Part shown: positions 27,369 to 39,789 of the stretch, piece after piece | Layout: every line of letters starts with the position of its first letter | How positions within the stretch are numbered: position 1 is the first letter of the stretch | Assembly: GCA_001643675.2 (NCBI GenBank) | Contig: LSRY02000025.1 | Location: 1,240,001-1,304,000 of the forward strand | From: Monocercomonoides exilis PA203 | Lineage: Eukaryota > Protista > Preaxostyla | Length of the DNA stretch: 64,000 nt | Reading direction: 5' to 3' | The notes under the pieces: model-generated | What the model saw: only the letters and a program-made list of their open reading frames with translations | Told to the model about the DNA's origin: nothing | Database searches by the model: none | Program-made: the position numbers and the translations under genes

Positions 27369-27540
27369 TCATTGAATAACTTCGAATTTTTTTATAAGAT
27401 TCTTTTTCTCGTTGTTTTTGGACAAAATTCAAATGATTCCCAGTGCAAATTTTTCTATTAAAACACCTAAATTCCCACATTTTGTCCCATGTGAAAAAAC
27501 CAAATAATGAATTAATTAAAATATATATATATATATATAT

Positions 27541-27796
27541 GGGTGATAATTTTTGAAATCATATATTTTTTCGGGGTGTTGATTTATCAATGGTTTCTTG
27601 TTATTAACAAAAATACTTTCATTCAAAAGAGAAAAAGCATGATAATTGTTTTAGAAAACAAATGGTTTTTCCGAATCAAAGACAAAATAGTGTTCAATGA
27701 GCCTTTTCACTTTTCAATTTTTTTTATTGATATTCAAGTAATATTTTTGCACCAAAATTTTTGTATGAAAAAATATGATTTCAAAAATAATCGCAC
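27541..27796. mobile_element. MITE copy B, next to (AT)n
   Basis: ATAT|GGGTGATAATTTTTGAAATCATAT ... ATATGATTTCAAAAATAATCGCAC|ATAT. Confidence 0.75.
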
Positions 27797-28314
27797 ATAT
27801 ATAACAAATGAAAACACAAAAAAGAAAAAAAAAAAGAAAATTATAAATTGAAAGAAAAAGAAATGAATCCAGTGGCAAATGAGTGTTTGAGAAACACTAA
27901 TGTTGAAGAAGCATGTTTGAACGTTTGGAAATATCAATTCGATTATTGAATCCATAACAAGAAATATGTGTGAAATTATTCTTTCTTATTTGAATTAAAT
28001 CATAGTTTATTCCAAACTATTCATGGTTTTGTTCGTATTTAGAAAAATAAAAAAAATGAGAAATATGTTCGAAAATTCTTTATGGAACAAAATTCATAAA
28101 TCAAAAAATATCATCCCATATTTCAATTATTATTTTCTTTGCTTTTCAGTCGCTTATCATTAATGTCAATGTAAATGAGTTCAGTATGTGAGCTTATATT
28201 TTATTGATTGAGCAATGTTTTCATTCATTGTTGTTTTATTCCTTTCAACTGGTCGGTTGTTCGATATTTACTCCGAATTGCGAATGGTTTCTAAATGAAT
28301 TGGCTTGGAATAAT

Positions 28315-29764
28315 ATGCAGGAGTTTCCATCTCCAAAATTCAATGGTCTGTAAACTATTTTTATTTGAATTCTTGATGATTGCGTTCTTTTCTTTATTTA
28401 TTTTGAAGAATTATTTTGTGAGCTGGAGAATTGCTCTGAAATTGAACAAAGGCAGAAAATTGAAGAAATGAACAAAGAAGAATTCAGGGATGTTTTCACA
28501 GCGAAAATGTTAGATAACATTCACAAAATGATTGAAGAAAAGAAAATATCTTTGGAAAACACCATTTCGTTATTGAAGCATATTGTATTTTGCAAAGTGA
28601 TGAATTATTCCATGTGCTTTGGATTTTACAATTCTTCATTGAACAAAAGATTTATGAAGACGATTATTGAGGAAGATAAGAAAAATGAAGAAAAGAACGA
28701 AAAGCTTCTTGCATATCTTTGCGAATGCTATCTTTTGTTAAGTAACATATTAAATTCAGAATTGATGCCTATTTGCGTTCCTTTTCTTCTTAAAGTTGCA
28801 TTGAACAAAGAGGAAAATGAAGAAGCACAAAAAGAAGTGGAAATAGCTTTGTTGGCTTTGAGCAACATTAAGTACAGGGCATGGGCATTTCTTTTTTGTT
28901 TAGTATACTTTATATTTTTATTTTTCACCACTTTTTATTTTAGAAAGTGAAAAAAGAATCACATTTAAATAAGATCACAGAAATCATCCAATATCATCAG
29001 GAGCATCCCAACCTCACACATCTTGCTTATCAACCAGGTTGGGGGTTTTTGGTATCTAAATTGGATGATACAAGAAGTTTGGAAGGCTTAATTACGAATG
29101 AGCTGCATTTTATGAGAGAAGCTCTGAAAGAAATGGAAGAGCTGATAGAATGTGTGAATTGGAAGAGAAAAGAAAAAGAAAAAGAAATGAAAGAAGCAAA
29201 AGAAGAGATTGCTTTATTGAGGTGGCTTGAAACATTGAATTTTTATTCTCTAAAAGTCCAAATGAAAAATGAGGAATATACCAGACTAACAATACTTATT
29301 ATATGTATGTGCAGAGCAGCGAAGAGAAACCACAGAAAAGTGCATAAAAAGGGCTATTTGTTTTTGATTATGTCATTTTGGATAAAGCAGAATCTTCTGA
29401 TCACTTACTGTGTGAAGAAGCTGTTGACTTCCTTCTGGAGGAAATGCATGGACCAACAATTGAATATGAAGTTACAAAAAAAGCACTCATGTTTTTTATA
29501 AGCTTTCGAGAATATTGAGCGAAAAAAACAAAAAGAAAAACGGCTTGATTACATTATTTTCGTTTGCTGAGCTGGCTGAATGGAAAGGTGAAAGTAGAAA
29601 GTGAAAAACCAAAGCAGAAAATGATTCTGTATCGAAGGTTGCGTGAGAAGATGGAGGAAGAAGGACATGAAGACAGCATTGTCTGGTTCTATGAAGGAAT
29701 TTTGGAAATGGCTTTTTATTGGGGATTATCAAAAGATCTCAACGATTATTTTATTATTCATTAA
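28315..29764 (+). pseudogene. Member of a lineage-expanded helical (ARM-like) hypothetical family, probably frameshifted
   Basis: LLKVALNKEENEEAQKEVEIALLALSNI, EIIQYHQEH.NLT.LAYQ, REKMEEEGHED spread over intron-separated ORFs; frame break near 29350-29500. Confidence 0.6.
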
Positions 29765-30931
29765 GCATCAAATATATATTATTGGTTGAAATAAATTTCA
29801 CCGTCTACTTCACTGTTTTCTTCTTCTTTTTCTTCCTCCTCCTCTTTCCCTCCTCCTTTTCTTCTTCTTCTTCTTCTTCTTCTTCAGTCCTTCGACATCA
29901 CAATCATTGAAACTTGAAAATAACAAAGTTTCAATTTCAATCCAAATAACGAATAAATCATTCTCAAAGGCTTTTCTGATTCAATTCCTTCTTCGGAGAT
30001 GCTTTACCCTCTTTCACTCATAATATTCCTATTTCATTTGTTCTGACTGTCTTTCAACAGACCACTCCATCAGCAACCTCTCCTTTTGGATCATCCTGTT
30101 TAATGCACCACACACAGCAGTTCGTGTTGTGAGATGAGAGTTTTGTTCCATCATCGGTTTTGCCAAATGGCACACCTCCTCAGAAGCCGTATGTCATAGG
30201 CGGTGAAAGAAACATCTTTGTGAGACAGAATGGCATTTGTGTTTGTGCCAAAGGGGTTCACAAAGAACAAAATGAGAGAAGTGGAGAAGGCAATAATTTC
30301 AAAAATAAAATCTTTTTTAGTGAAGAAAAATTTGGCTTGAGGAGGCAGGGAATATAGAAAAGCAGTTTTGGAGAAGATGATGATGCATGATGTGACGAGA
30401 CAGAAGGAATGACACTGAGGATGAAGATAAGAAAAGACAATACGAAAAGACGGTAAAGTTTGCAAGCATGTGTCTTGCAACTTGACATTTATATGAAAGA
30501 TGATGATTACAGGCAAACGAGACTCGACAATTGATAAAGCAATTTACACATTCAGATAGCTCCGCCTTGAAGAAGAAATGAAACAACCTCAAGGAAATGT
30601 TCATGAAAAAGGAATTTTGAAGAAAGTGATCGAAGAACAAAGGAGAACATTTTATTTGCAAAGAGATATGCCCATATAAGATTATTGAAAGTTTGCTTAT
30701 TTTTGGTGATAATTTTCACATTCGACATTTTCATTTGCTTTTTTCTTCAATTGAAAAGAAGGAATCTATTAGAATCATTATTCAAATAATTTTAATGATT
30801 CAGCAATATTCATAAACCAAACATTCTTCATTCTATATCATTACCTTTTTCAGTATTTTTTAAAAGAAAAACAAAAATGGATCGTGCATATAATAGATAT
30901 TTATTAATCAAAAGACAAAATATTCCTTGCG

Positions 30932-33900
30932 ATGTGGGTGCATTTGTCTTTTTTGGCATGCTTGTTTCTTGTCGACATTTTTGATGCATGGGGTACCACA
31001 CATATTCCTTCGCTTAAAAATCCAGTTGCAAGCACAGATTTACATTTTGATAATTTCCCTGTTTATTTGAATCAAGATGGTCCAAAAGATGTAAATTTTT
31101 TGACAAAGAACACTTATGTAAATGCGATCGAGCTAAATGTTTCACCAGCGTTAAAAGGATGGCAGAATGGTGCGTCTTCTACAATTAATACCTTTATTGT
31201 ATTTTGCAATTCTACAGTTGGATTGAAAAGTATAACTCTTGAACATTCTTCCTCGCCATTTGCGATAATAAAAGAAAAGTCGTGCGTCATGCTAGATTCG
31301 TGCTTTTTTCAACAAAAGCTGGAATCTCCGTTAGATTTGCAAAGTGGGACAATCTGCTTCACAAACATGACTTTGATCCAACAAAAGAATATATGTTCTC
31401 AAGGACTTATATTATCATCTAGCGAGACGTCTTCAGTGATTTTGAAGGATTCCATTTTTTCAGATCTGGTCATTTCATCGTCGGATTATTTCCTATTATC
31501 AGGAAAGAGTAAAAGTGAACAGATCTATAACTGCGCCTTCAGTAACATGTCTGTGAAACTATCCAAGAACAGTGATTTTCAAATGGAGCATTCATGTCTG
31601 TTGAGTTTAATGGAAAATACCCTCATTTATTCATGTGTGAATGTATTTGAAGGAGGGATCTCAAGTGGTTCGCATTCTTCACAGGAATTTGTCTGCAAAA
31701 ATGCAACAATAAGCAACGGGAAAAGAGAAATGAATGCTCTTGAGAAAAAAGGACAAATGAACTTAACAAATAGCCAGTCCTTTTCATTGTGTGAATGGAT
31801 TGATTGCACATCCCCACAAGGAGGTGCACTATATGTTCATGATAATGAAAAAGCAATTTTAACAGTTGAAAATTCTTCATTCACAAGATGCAATGCTTCT
31901 TCCACAAGAGGTGGAGGAATATATGCGTTGATAATTGCAGAATGTATTGTGCGTCATTCTTCATTTATTCAATGTTCAGCAGAAGCAATAACAAATGGTG
32001 GAGGAGGAGGAATTATTATTGAGAATGCGAATACGCAAACAATTGTTGATGATTGCTCCTTTCGAAATTGCTCATCGGGAAACGATGGAGGAGCAATCGA
32101 TCTTCTTCCAACGAAAACTGAAAGACAAAAGCACTGTATTATCAATTCATATTTTGATAACTGCAGATGCAATTCTTCAGCCGACGGAGCAGGTGGCGCT
32201 GTCGAACATTGGCACTGTGTTGATAAAGTTATCATTTCAAATTGTCTCTTTTGTCATTGCCATTCGATGTGCGGAGGAGGCGCTGTTGGAATAGTAATCA
32301 ATCCAATTAATAATGGAATATTGCTATATTACTGCTTTTTCCATAATAACACGTGCAAAAAAGGAGGACATGATATTGCTCTCCATAATTCTACAGCAAA
32401 CAATATTGATTCCACCTGCTATTCAAGCAGGCAAACAGAAAACAGAGTTAGCACAGAATTGATATCAATTATTGATCATAGCGAATGGCTTAATAACAAA
32501 GACGGAAGAATCAGATTTGTCTCTTCAACTGATTCACAACCAAAAGGCATGGACGCATATGCATGTGGAATTAATGAGTCCCATCCGTGTGGCACCATCA
32601 GCCATTGCCTCACTCAGCTTATTCCTGATATTGTCGCAGATATTGAGATACTCACAGGAACAATTACAGAATCCAAGAGTGTGGACTGCAATATTAATTC
32701 TTTCACAATATATGGCCAAAGCGATATGAGCACAACAGTTCAAATAGAATTTGAAGCATCCAGTTTGTCTCTTTTTTCTGTATCAGCGGGCACATTGACT
32801 GTCAGAGATTTTATCCTTGTGCATGACTCGATTCATCGGAATAACCGTGAGTCAAGGCTGTTTGAGATTACAGGAGCAGGAGAGATGCATATAAGTGGAC
32901 TGAACATATCTGCTGGAAGTGGACAATCAACAGAAACAGCATTCACAACAGAGCTGATCAATGTTCAGAATGGTATGCTGCAGATGGACAATGTGAACTG
33001 GGCAAAGACGATCTCCACAACTTCATTGTTTTCGCTTTCTTCGACAAATGAAATATCATTGACGCTTTCGGAGTGTGCCTTTGATGGGATTGAGAGAACA
33101 AATAGTGAAGCAGCTGTATTGACATTTTCCAATGATAAGGCAAACATGAATCTGGATTCTTGTTCATTTTCTGGTTGTGGGAGCACAGGCTCAGAGAATG
33201 GAGGATCAATGATGTTATGTGCAGGAGTAGAAAATGAGGTGAAGGTGACTGGCGGATCTTTCGATGGATGCTTTTGTTCGGCATCCAACGGTCTTGGGGG
33301 TGGAATCCTCCTTCAGTTATCGACTGGAAATCCAAATATCCTGATCTCATCTTCATTTGGAACGAACACAGCCAAATGGGGGAATGATATCTTTGTCCTT
33401 TCGCCAGACCTGGAAGAAACTGCAAAGTCACAAAAGATTCAATGCGTAGCAGCCTCTTTGGATTCTTTTGATAAGGTGCAAGGACATGACAATGGAAACA
33501 CAAGTGTGGCTATCCCTCTGTGCATCTATCTCCTTCCCACTCCAGAAGAAATATATGTGAGAAGCACCGAGGCATCTGACCATTCCCATTGTGGAATTGT
33601 CCGGTTCCCTTGTTTGACAATGAAGCACTCTCTCACACGTCAAACAGGGCCAAAGAAAGTTGTTGTGAGTGGAATGATTCAGGTGAGCGATGAACTAATA
33701 TTTGCCAATCAGAATCATGAAATTCGAGGAAATGATGATGAAAGTGGTTGGACAGTCTCCGATACCAGCTCATCATTAAGCTCAGCAATGTTAACAACAA
33801 GTACTGAAACAATCTTGTCAAAGCTCATCTTCTCTCTTCCTTCTTCTCTTTCATCACACTCCACTTTCATTTCTTCATCTTCACAACTGACTATGTCTCA

Positions 33901-36900
33901 TTGTTCGCTTTTCCTTCAAGACCATTCATCTGAATTGGCATTGCTATTCTCATCTGTTGAGTCTGGGACATTGGCTATTGACTCGTTTTCAGCTTCATCA
34001 ATCACCTTGAGCGGAAATCCATTGATCTCATTTTCGGGAAGCAGCACAAAAGTCGAGTTAATGAGCACTCTGTGGTTGAACATGACGAACTGCACTTTCA
34101 CAGAAATAGAAAGAACAGCTGGAAGTGGAGGCTGTATTTACATGGACAACAGCAATGATGAAAATTCAAATGCAGAAATAAATATTGAAGAATGTGATTT
34201 TGATGGATGCTCTGTTTTGGCTGATGAAAGCAGAGGAGGGGCAATCAATGCTCAGTTGAAAGGGAATACCCAATTGAACATTATTTCATGCACATTCACA
34301 GAATGCACAGCGCCAACTGGAGAAGAAGAGAAGACTGGCTTTGGGGGAGGAATGGCACTGAAGTTGATTGATGATGGTTCTTCATTTGTGATAACATCAC
34401 CTGTTTTTGAAAAAAACAAGTCAAATGTTGCAAAATATGGAAATGATCTCTTTGTTGAATCATCCGACTTGACAAAGAGCATCACAAACACATCTCTTCC
34501 ATTTGTTTCTGAGAATCTGGCTGATATTACATTGGATTCTATGAGAGGCTTTGATGGGAATGATACAACGAATGCTATTTCATTGGTGTATTTCTGGAGA
34601 ACATTTGGCTCAGAGATATTTGTTGGAGGTGAAGGTTGTGATGTGTGCGTTTGTGGGCTTTCTGATTATCCTTGCCAATCAATTGATTATTCTTTGGATC
34701 GATTGCCCGAAGGAAATGAAAGGATTATCAGCATCATTGGAAAAGGAGTTCTTCAGAAATGTGTTGAACTCTGTGGAATCTCAATAAAATCGGATGATAC
34801 AAATGAATGCTCTGTGGAATGTTATTCATCACTTGAAGGAACAGGTGAAGCTGTAATGAAGATTTCTGGAATTACAAATTTAGAATTAATTAACTTTGTT
34901 GTTCCATCTTCATTCGCAAGCGAAATCAACTATTTGATAAATGTTGGATCAAATGAAGGATTGTTGACTGTGAAGGACTGTTCATTCACTAAAATGGAAG
35001 AAAGCGAAGAAGAAATAATCAGCTTTGGGTTGATCAAGGCAGATGGAGGAACTGTTCAATTGGAGTTTGTGACAATGCAATCATTCAGTTTTGCAAAAGA
35101 TGTAATTTCAGTATTGTCAACAACGATTTTGAACATTAAAAATCTGACAATGAAGAATATTGAGCTGGATGGATCAAGCGGATTGAGCATTTCAAAGAGT
35201 TCAAGAAGAGAAAAAAATGAAGAAGAACAAAATGTTGTCATCGAGTGGAGTTCATTCGAAGAAGTCACCCAGAACACAACCGATGATATTCCCATCATTC
35301 GAAATAACAATGATGATGAGCCATTGAAAATGGTGATTCGAAACACAACGATGAAGAGATGTGGTGGAACTAGGTGTGGAAAGGGAGGAGGGATGTTTTA
35401 TGTGTTGAACGAAGGTGGAAGGTTTGACTGCTTGTTTTGCACGATTTCTGAGTGCTTCTCCTCAACCACAGGAAGAGGTGGGTGGCTGTTTCTGAAATGC
35501 ACCTCGACAGCTGAACAGCCTCTGAACTTTGTGTTGTCGAATATCACGTTCAAAGACAACTCTGCATTCAGAGGGAGGGATGTGTATGTGAAATGTCATT
35601 CAATCGAGGCTCAAATAGTTGAAGAGCAATTCTTGCTGGACTTCCGAGCACCGTTTGTGAAGGAGCTGGCAATATGGGGCTGCACAACAAACTCGTTTGT
35701 GGGGGAAGAAGATCTTCTGCTGAGAGTTGTTAAACGCCAGAGTGAGACGATATTTGTGTCTTCTGCTGATGAAAATTCGGAAGACAGCAAGCAATGTGGA
35801 GAATTCATCATGCCTTGTGAGTCGTTGAATGTTGGAGTTCAACACATTATTCCATCACGTTATTCGCAGCTGTTGATATCAGAGGAAACAATCATCAATG
35901 GAGAAAGCAGTGTTTTGAATGTGATCATCCGCTCGCTGGAATCTCCTTCAACCGCTTTCGTGCATCTGAACTCAACGATTGATGAAAATAAAGGAAATAT
36001 TATAACTTCCTCAGAGAATGTTCGGATTGAGAGATTGAAATTCAACTTTAGCCAGCCATTTTCTTATTCAGGCAGTTCAATCATTCGTGAAGCAAATGGC
36101 CAACTTTCTCTTTTGTTTGTTGATTTTTCGTCAGTTGGACAATCGGATGATACTCGACCTGTTTTTCTGAACTCAACATTGTTGAACATCGGAAATGGAA
36201 TTCTTCACATTGACAACTGTTCAATATCAATGCTTTCATTCAAGAAGTCTTCTTTTTTGTTAAGCGGGGATGAGATCAATATTACAAACATCAAACTGGA
36301 ACAGATTGAATCAACAAGAAATGTTGTTGAGATTGGGCAATGTGGAAGTGTTGTATTCAATGGAATTGACGCAGATGGGGTGAAGCTATCTGAAAGTGGT
36401 ATCCTTGAGATTAACGATTTGTCTTCAGGAATAGTTTCAATTGGAATCTCCTCATTCAACAACTGTTCGAGAAATTCAGAAGGAGCTTCTGTTCTCTCTG
36501 GTTCATCAACTTCTCAAATAACACTTTCTAATTGTTCGTGTTCAAATTGTAATTCTCGATCAACCAAAGGAAGCATTGTGGAGATAAGCAATGCGAAAGA
36601 TGTTTTGATGGATTCGTGTCGATTTGTTGGAATTCTTTCAAAAGAAAGTAAAAGTGAGAGAAATTATACATTTGAAGAAATATGTGAATGGAGTGGATCT
36701 GTTGTCCACATGGCAAATTCAAACATTCAGGCAAAAGAAATAAAGATAGAGAATTCATCGAAAGGAGGAATATCGATCAAAGGAGGAAAAGCTGCTATTG
36801 AGATGGGAATGATGGTAAATAATAATCCTTCAATTGCAAATTATCCTTCTCTTTGTCGAAATATCATCTGTTCAAATTCTGCTTCACTGTCTATTTCCAG

Positions 36901-38728
36901 CTTGAAAGGAGGAGATGGGGTTTTTCCAAATACCTCACTTTGGATTTTGAATAATGGGTGCAGTTTTGAAGGGATTGTTTCTGAAAGGGCATCTTCATTC
37001 TTCATTCCTGTGTTGGAGAGTGTGGAAGCAAAAAAAGAGACAGACAGAATGAAACTGACATTCAAAGGAATGCTTCTTGTTCCATGCAATCTGTCATTCT
37101 CAGTTGTGAAAAGGAAAGGAGAAGAGAAAGAGATTGAAAACCATGATTTTGATGGAAATGGATTTTTGTCAGAAAGAGAAGTTGAAGGGAGTGTGGTAAA
37201 AGATCTTATCAGCAGTTGCGAAGATGAAATAGAAGTGAGCGTATCGATTTTGTTTGGAAATGCAGAGAATCCTTCTTCCACACAGTCATTTATTCTGAAG
37301 AATGCAAGTGAAAGTCAGGCAAATGGAGATGAAAAACTTGCTGAAAGTGGAAAAGGATCAAATCCGTACTGGGATCTAATAATCGCAGTAATATTCGTTG
37401 TTTTGTTTTTGATTGTTCTTATTGTTGCAATTGCCTTTATTGTTCGTTGGAAAAAACAAAAGAGACGAGCAGAAGAGCTGGAGGTGATTGTGGAAGATAC
37501 AGTGAAAAAGGATCCGAAGGCATTTGAGATGGTGACGATGGAAATGTCACCTGAAGAGCAGTGGAGGAGGGCAGAGAGGGAAGCTGAGAAGAAAAATGAA
37601 GAGAGGATAAAGAAGAGGGTGTATGATACGAATATGCAACATTCTGAATCATCCGAGCATCTTTTGAGCGAGAGTGGCTCAACAGAATACATCTTGGGGA
37701 GAGATTCAGACAAGATTCCTCAATGGATTCTGGAGAAGGTTGAGGAAGAAGATGACATTTCGAGAAAGAGAACACCATCTCCATCGATTTCATCCACTTC
37801 AACAACTGATTCTGATTCAACATTTGTTCGAAGGGAAGATTTATGTCCAACCACATCATCAATGTCGAATCTGGTGGATGCAATGGCCTGTTCGTCTCCA
37901 CATGAGAAACTGATTGTGGATTTAAGGGATTCGCTGTTCATGTTGTTGCACGGGAGAAATGAGAAGAAAGAGATGGCAATTGGAAGTCTTCAACAAAGAG
38001 AGCAGACAGCTGCTCAGATCCTGTTCTGGGTGGCTAATCTTGCACTCCACTCCTTTGATGAAATGGAAAACCCTCTTCAATCATTGAATAATCTGAGTCC
38101 TCACATTGTGCTGTTCTCAGAACACATGGTGATCTGCATTGTGATGCATTCAGACTTATTGTCTGATGATGATTCCGATTCATCGTCCATCTCTTCATCG
38201 ACTGTTGTGACATCTGCAAGTGTGGATGATGATGAAATTGACTCTCTTCCTTCATCAGCGTTTGAGGATGAGGATAGCTTCAAAAAAGAGTGTCTGAGGT
38301 GGAAGGCGCCTGAGCTGCTGATCAACAAGAAGATGGGAGCAGCAAAGGAGTCGGTCTCGTTCTCGATTGGGATGATGCTGTGGGAGTGCCTGACACTGCA
38401 GATCCCGTTTGGGGAGTATGAGGCAGAGGTGGCAGGGCAGAAGATTGCGAACGGAGAGCGGCCAGCACTCGAGGCAGTGCAGTGCTCTTCCTTCTTTGGC
38501 CTTGTGAAGAGCTGTGTGTCCCAGTCGCCTGGTGCACGCCCCTCCCTTGTCCAGCTCAAAAGAGAGTTCATTGGGCGCTTCCCGCCTGGCGCAGCTGTCC
38601 TCACCCTCACAGACGCAGCCGACCTCGAAGACTCGACCGGCGGGCACAGACAAGGCACAACATCCTTTGCCTTCTCAGCCAGCAGCACTGCCAACGAAGC
38701 CCAGTCAATAGTCATCACCAAAAACTGA
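30932..38728 (+). CDS. 2598-aa type I membrane receptor-like protein: signal peptide, Cys-rich beta-helix (pectin-lyase/Pmp-like) repeats, TM helix, degenerate TKL-like kinase
   Basis: Hydrophobic N-terminus. Repeated GGAI/GGGI + FxNC and CG...PC modules. TM LIIAVIFVVLFLIVLIVAIAFIV followed by RWKKQKRR. Kinase C-lobe CLRWKAPEL...SFSIGMMLWECLTLQIPF...GERP, without GxGxxG, HRD or DFG. Confidence 0.85.
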   Translation: MWVHLSFLACLFLVDIFDAWGTTHIPSLKNPVASTDLHFDNFPVYLNQDGPKDVNFLTKNTYVNAIELNVSPALKGWQNGASSTINTFIVFCNSTVGLKSITLEHSSSPFAIIKEKSCVMLDSCFFQQKLESPLDLQSGTICFTNMTLIQQKNICSQGLILSSSETSSVILKDSIFSDLVISSSDYFLLSGKSKSEQIYNCAFSNMSVKLSKNSDFQMEHSCLLSLMENTLIYSCVNVFEGGISSGSHSSQEFVCKNATISNGKREMNALEKKGQMNLTNSQSFSLCEWIDCTSPQGGALYVHDNEKAILTVENSSFTRCNASSTRGGGIYALIIAECIVRHSSFIQCSAEAITNGGGGGIIIENANTQTIVDDCSFRNCSSGNDGGAIDLLPTKTERQKHCIINSYFDNCRCNSSADGAGGAVEHWHCVDKVIISNCLFCHCHSMCGGGAVGIVINPINNGILLYYCFFHNNTCKKGGHDIALHNSTANNIDSTCYSSRQTENRVSTELISIIDHSEWLNNKDGRIRFVSSTDSQPKGMDAYACGINESHPCGTISHCLTQLIPDIVADIEILTGTITESKSVDCNINSFTIYGQSDMSTTVQIEFEASSLSLFSVSAGTLTVRDFILVHDSIHRNNRESRLFEITGAGEMHISGLNISAGSGQSTETAFTTELINVQNGMLQMDNVNWAKTISTTSLFSLSSTNEISLTLSECAFDGIERTNSEAAVLTFSNDKANMNLDSCSFSGCGSTGSENGGSMMLCAGVENEVKVTGGSFDGCFCSASNGLGGGILLQLSTGNPNILISSSFGTNTAKWGNDIFVLSPDLEETAKSQKIQCVAASLDSFDKVQGHDNGNTSVAIPLCIYLLPTPEEIYVRSTEASDHSHCGIVRFPCLTMKHSLTRQTGPKKVVVSGMIQVSDELIFANQNHEIRGNDDESGWTVSDTSSSLSSAMLTTSTETILSKLIFSLPSSLSSHSTFISSSSQLTMSHCSLFLQDHSSELALLFSSVESGTLAIDSFSASSITLSGNPLISFSGSSTKVELMSTLWLNMTNCTFTEIERTAGSGGCIYMDNSNDENSNAEINIEECDFDGCSVLADESRGGAINAQLKGNTQLNIISCTFTECTAPTGEEEKTGFGGGMALKLIDDGSSFVITSPVFEKNKSNVAKYGNDLFVESSDLTKSITNTSLPFVSENLADITLDSMRGFDGNDTTNAISLVYFWRTFGSEIFVGGEGCDVCVCGLSDYPCQSIDYSLDRLPEGNERIISIIGKGVLQKCVELCGISIKSDDTNECSVECYSSLEGTGEAVMKISGITNLELINFVVPSSFASEINYLINVGSNEGLLTVKDCSFTKMEESEEEIISFGLIKADGGTVQLEFVTMQSFSFAKDVISVLSTTILNIKNLTMKNIELDGSSGLSISKSSRREKNEEEQNVVIEWSSFEEVTQNTTDDIPIIRNNNDDEPLKMVIRNTTMKRCGGTRCGKGGGMFYVLNEGGRFDCLFCTISECFSSTTGRGGWLFLKCTSTAEQPLNFVLSNITFKDNSAFRGRDVYVKCHSIEAQIVEEQFLLDFRAPFVKELAIWGCTTNSFVGEEDLLLRVVKRQSETIFVSSADENSEDSKQCGEFIMPCESLNVGVQHIIPSRYSQLLISEETIINGESSVLNVIIRSLESPSTAFVHLNSTIDENKGNIITSSENVRIERLKFNFSQPFSYSGSSIIREANGQLSLLFVDFSSVGQSDDTRPVFLNSTLLNIGNGILHIDNCSISMLSFKKSSFLLSGDEINITNIKLEQIESTRNVVEIGQCGSVVFNGIDADGVKLSESGILEINDLSSGIVSIGISSFNNCSRNSEGASVLSGSSTSQITLSNCSCSNCNSRSTKGSIVEISNAKDVLMDSCRFVGILSKESKSERNYTFEEICEWSGSVVHMANSNIQAKEIKIENSSKGGISIKGGKAAIEMGMMVNNNPSIANYPSLCRNIICSNSASLSISSLKGGDGVFPNTSLWILNNGCSFEGIVSERASSFFIPVLESVEAKKETDRMKLTFKGMLLVPCNLSFSVVKRKGEEKEIENHDFDGNGFLSEREVEGSVVKDLISSCEDEIEVSVSILFGNAENPSSTQSFILKNASESQANGDEKLAESGKGSNPYWDLIIAVIFVVLFLIVLIVAIAFIVRWKKQKRRAEELEVIVEDTVKKDPKAFEMVTMEMSPEEQWRRAEREAEKKNEERIKKRVYDTNMQHSESSEHLLSESGSTEYILGRDSDKIPQWILEKVEEEDDISRKRTPSPSISSTSTTDSDSTFVRREDLCPTTSSMSNLVDAMACSSPHEKLIVDLRDSLFMLLHGRNEKKEMAIGSLQQREQTAAQILFWVANLALHSFDEMENPLQSLNNLSPHIVLFSEHMVICIVMHSDLLSDDDSDSSSISSSTVVTSASVDDDEIDSLPSSAFEDEDSFKKECLRWKAPELLINKKMGAAKESVSFSIGMMLWECLTLQIPFGEYEAEVAGQKIANGERPALEAVQCSSFFGLVKSCVSQSPGARPSLVQLKREFIGRFPPGAAVLTLTDAADLEDSTGGHRQGTTSFAFSASSTANEAQSIVITKN

Positions 38729-39789
38729 GAATGAAAAAGAAATGGGGAAAAATATGAATTTGAAGGAGAAGAATTTCAATTGCACTAGCGATGATCACCA
38801 GTGTTGTTTGCTTTGTGTTTGATTTTTTGTTAAGTTTGTTTGCACAAAGCACATGTTTTGCTTTTCTTGTGTTCGCTTTCGCAGAACATGCGATTCTCAA
38901 CGAAAGAGTCGCACTGCCGTGCGCTACTGCATCCCTGCTCAGGCTTACGACAACAAAGGGCTTTCTTTAACGAGCACCATTAACCAATAATCGATTGTCT
39001 GAGCCAGACCTGCCAACTCGTATAGCATCACCCTAGGCCTTCTTGGCCAAAGAATGGCACAAAAGCCAAACATGAAAGGATATTCCATTTGCACAAGATT
39101 GGGAATATCAAAAATTATCTTTATTTTTCTTTATCATAATTTTTTTTGTTTTGTTTTAAAAAAGTGATATTTCGTTTTGTTTCTTATTTCTTGTTTCTTG
39201 TTTCTTATTTCTTATTTCTTATATCTTATTTCAAATTTTTTATTATTTTTTTTGTTCAGTTTCTGCTTATTTTGCTCTTCATTATTTATCTTAGCTTATT
39301 CAGCTTTTCTTCTTCGTTTTTGGATGGAGCAAAATTTTTTACAAATTTCAGAACATTCATTCACATATTTAGTTAATTTGATCTTCATTTTGATAATTGA
39401 AAAATGTATTTCCACTTTATCCTTTTATTGTTATAATTATAGTTGCTGTTATTGCTTTCGTTTTCCTAATTCAGCTAACATTGCGTTATAATCACAACAC
39501 AAATTGTTTCAATGATTTCATTCACTTTGTATTTATATTCTCAATTTTTGTTATTATTTTTTCCTTCATTCACGAGGCATTTTGCGTGTTTCTTTTTGTT
39601 TATTTCATTGTCTAGTCAAATGGCATTTTTGTGAATCCAATTTTGAGGTTGAATGTGTTTTTTCCGTGATAATTGAAAAACTCTTTTCAATTTTTTTCCT
39701 ATTTTAGTTTATTTTTAGTCAGTTAAAATTATAAAATTCAGCAAAATAGATTGTTTATTTTTCTTTTTCTTTTATGTGTTTTCATTTGT

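Noticed and set aside
39035-39060. U2 snRNA-like GGCCTTCTTGGCCAAAGA and telomerase-template-like CACCCTAG
   Set aside because: No GTAGTA branch-pairing motif or Sm site follows, and the template match is incomplete.
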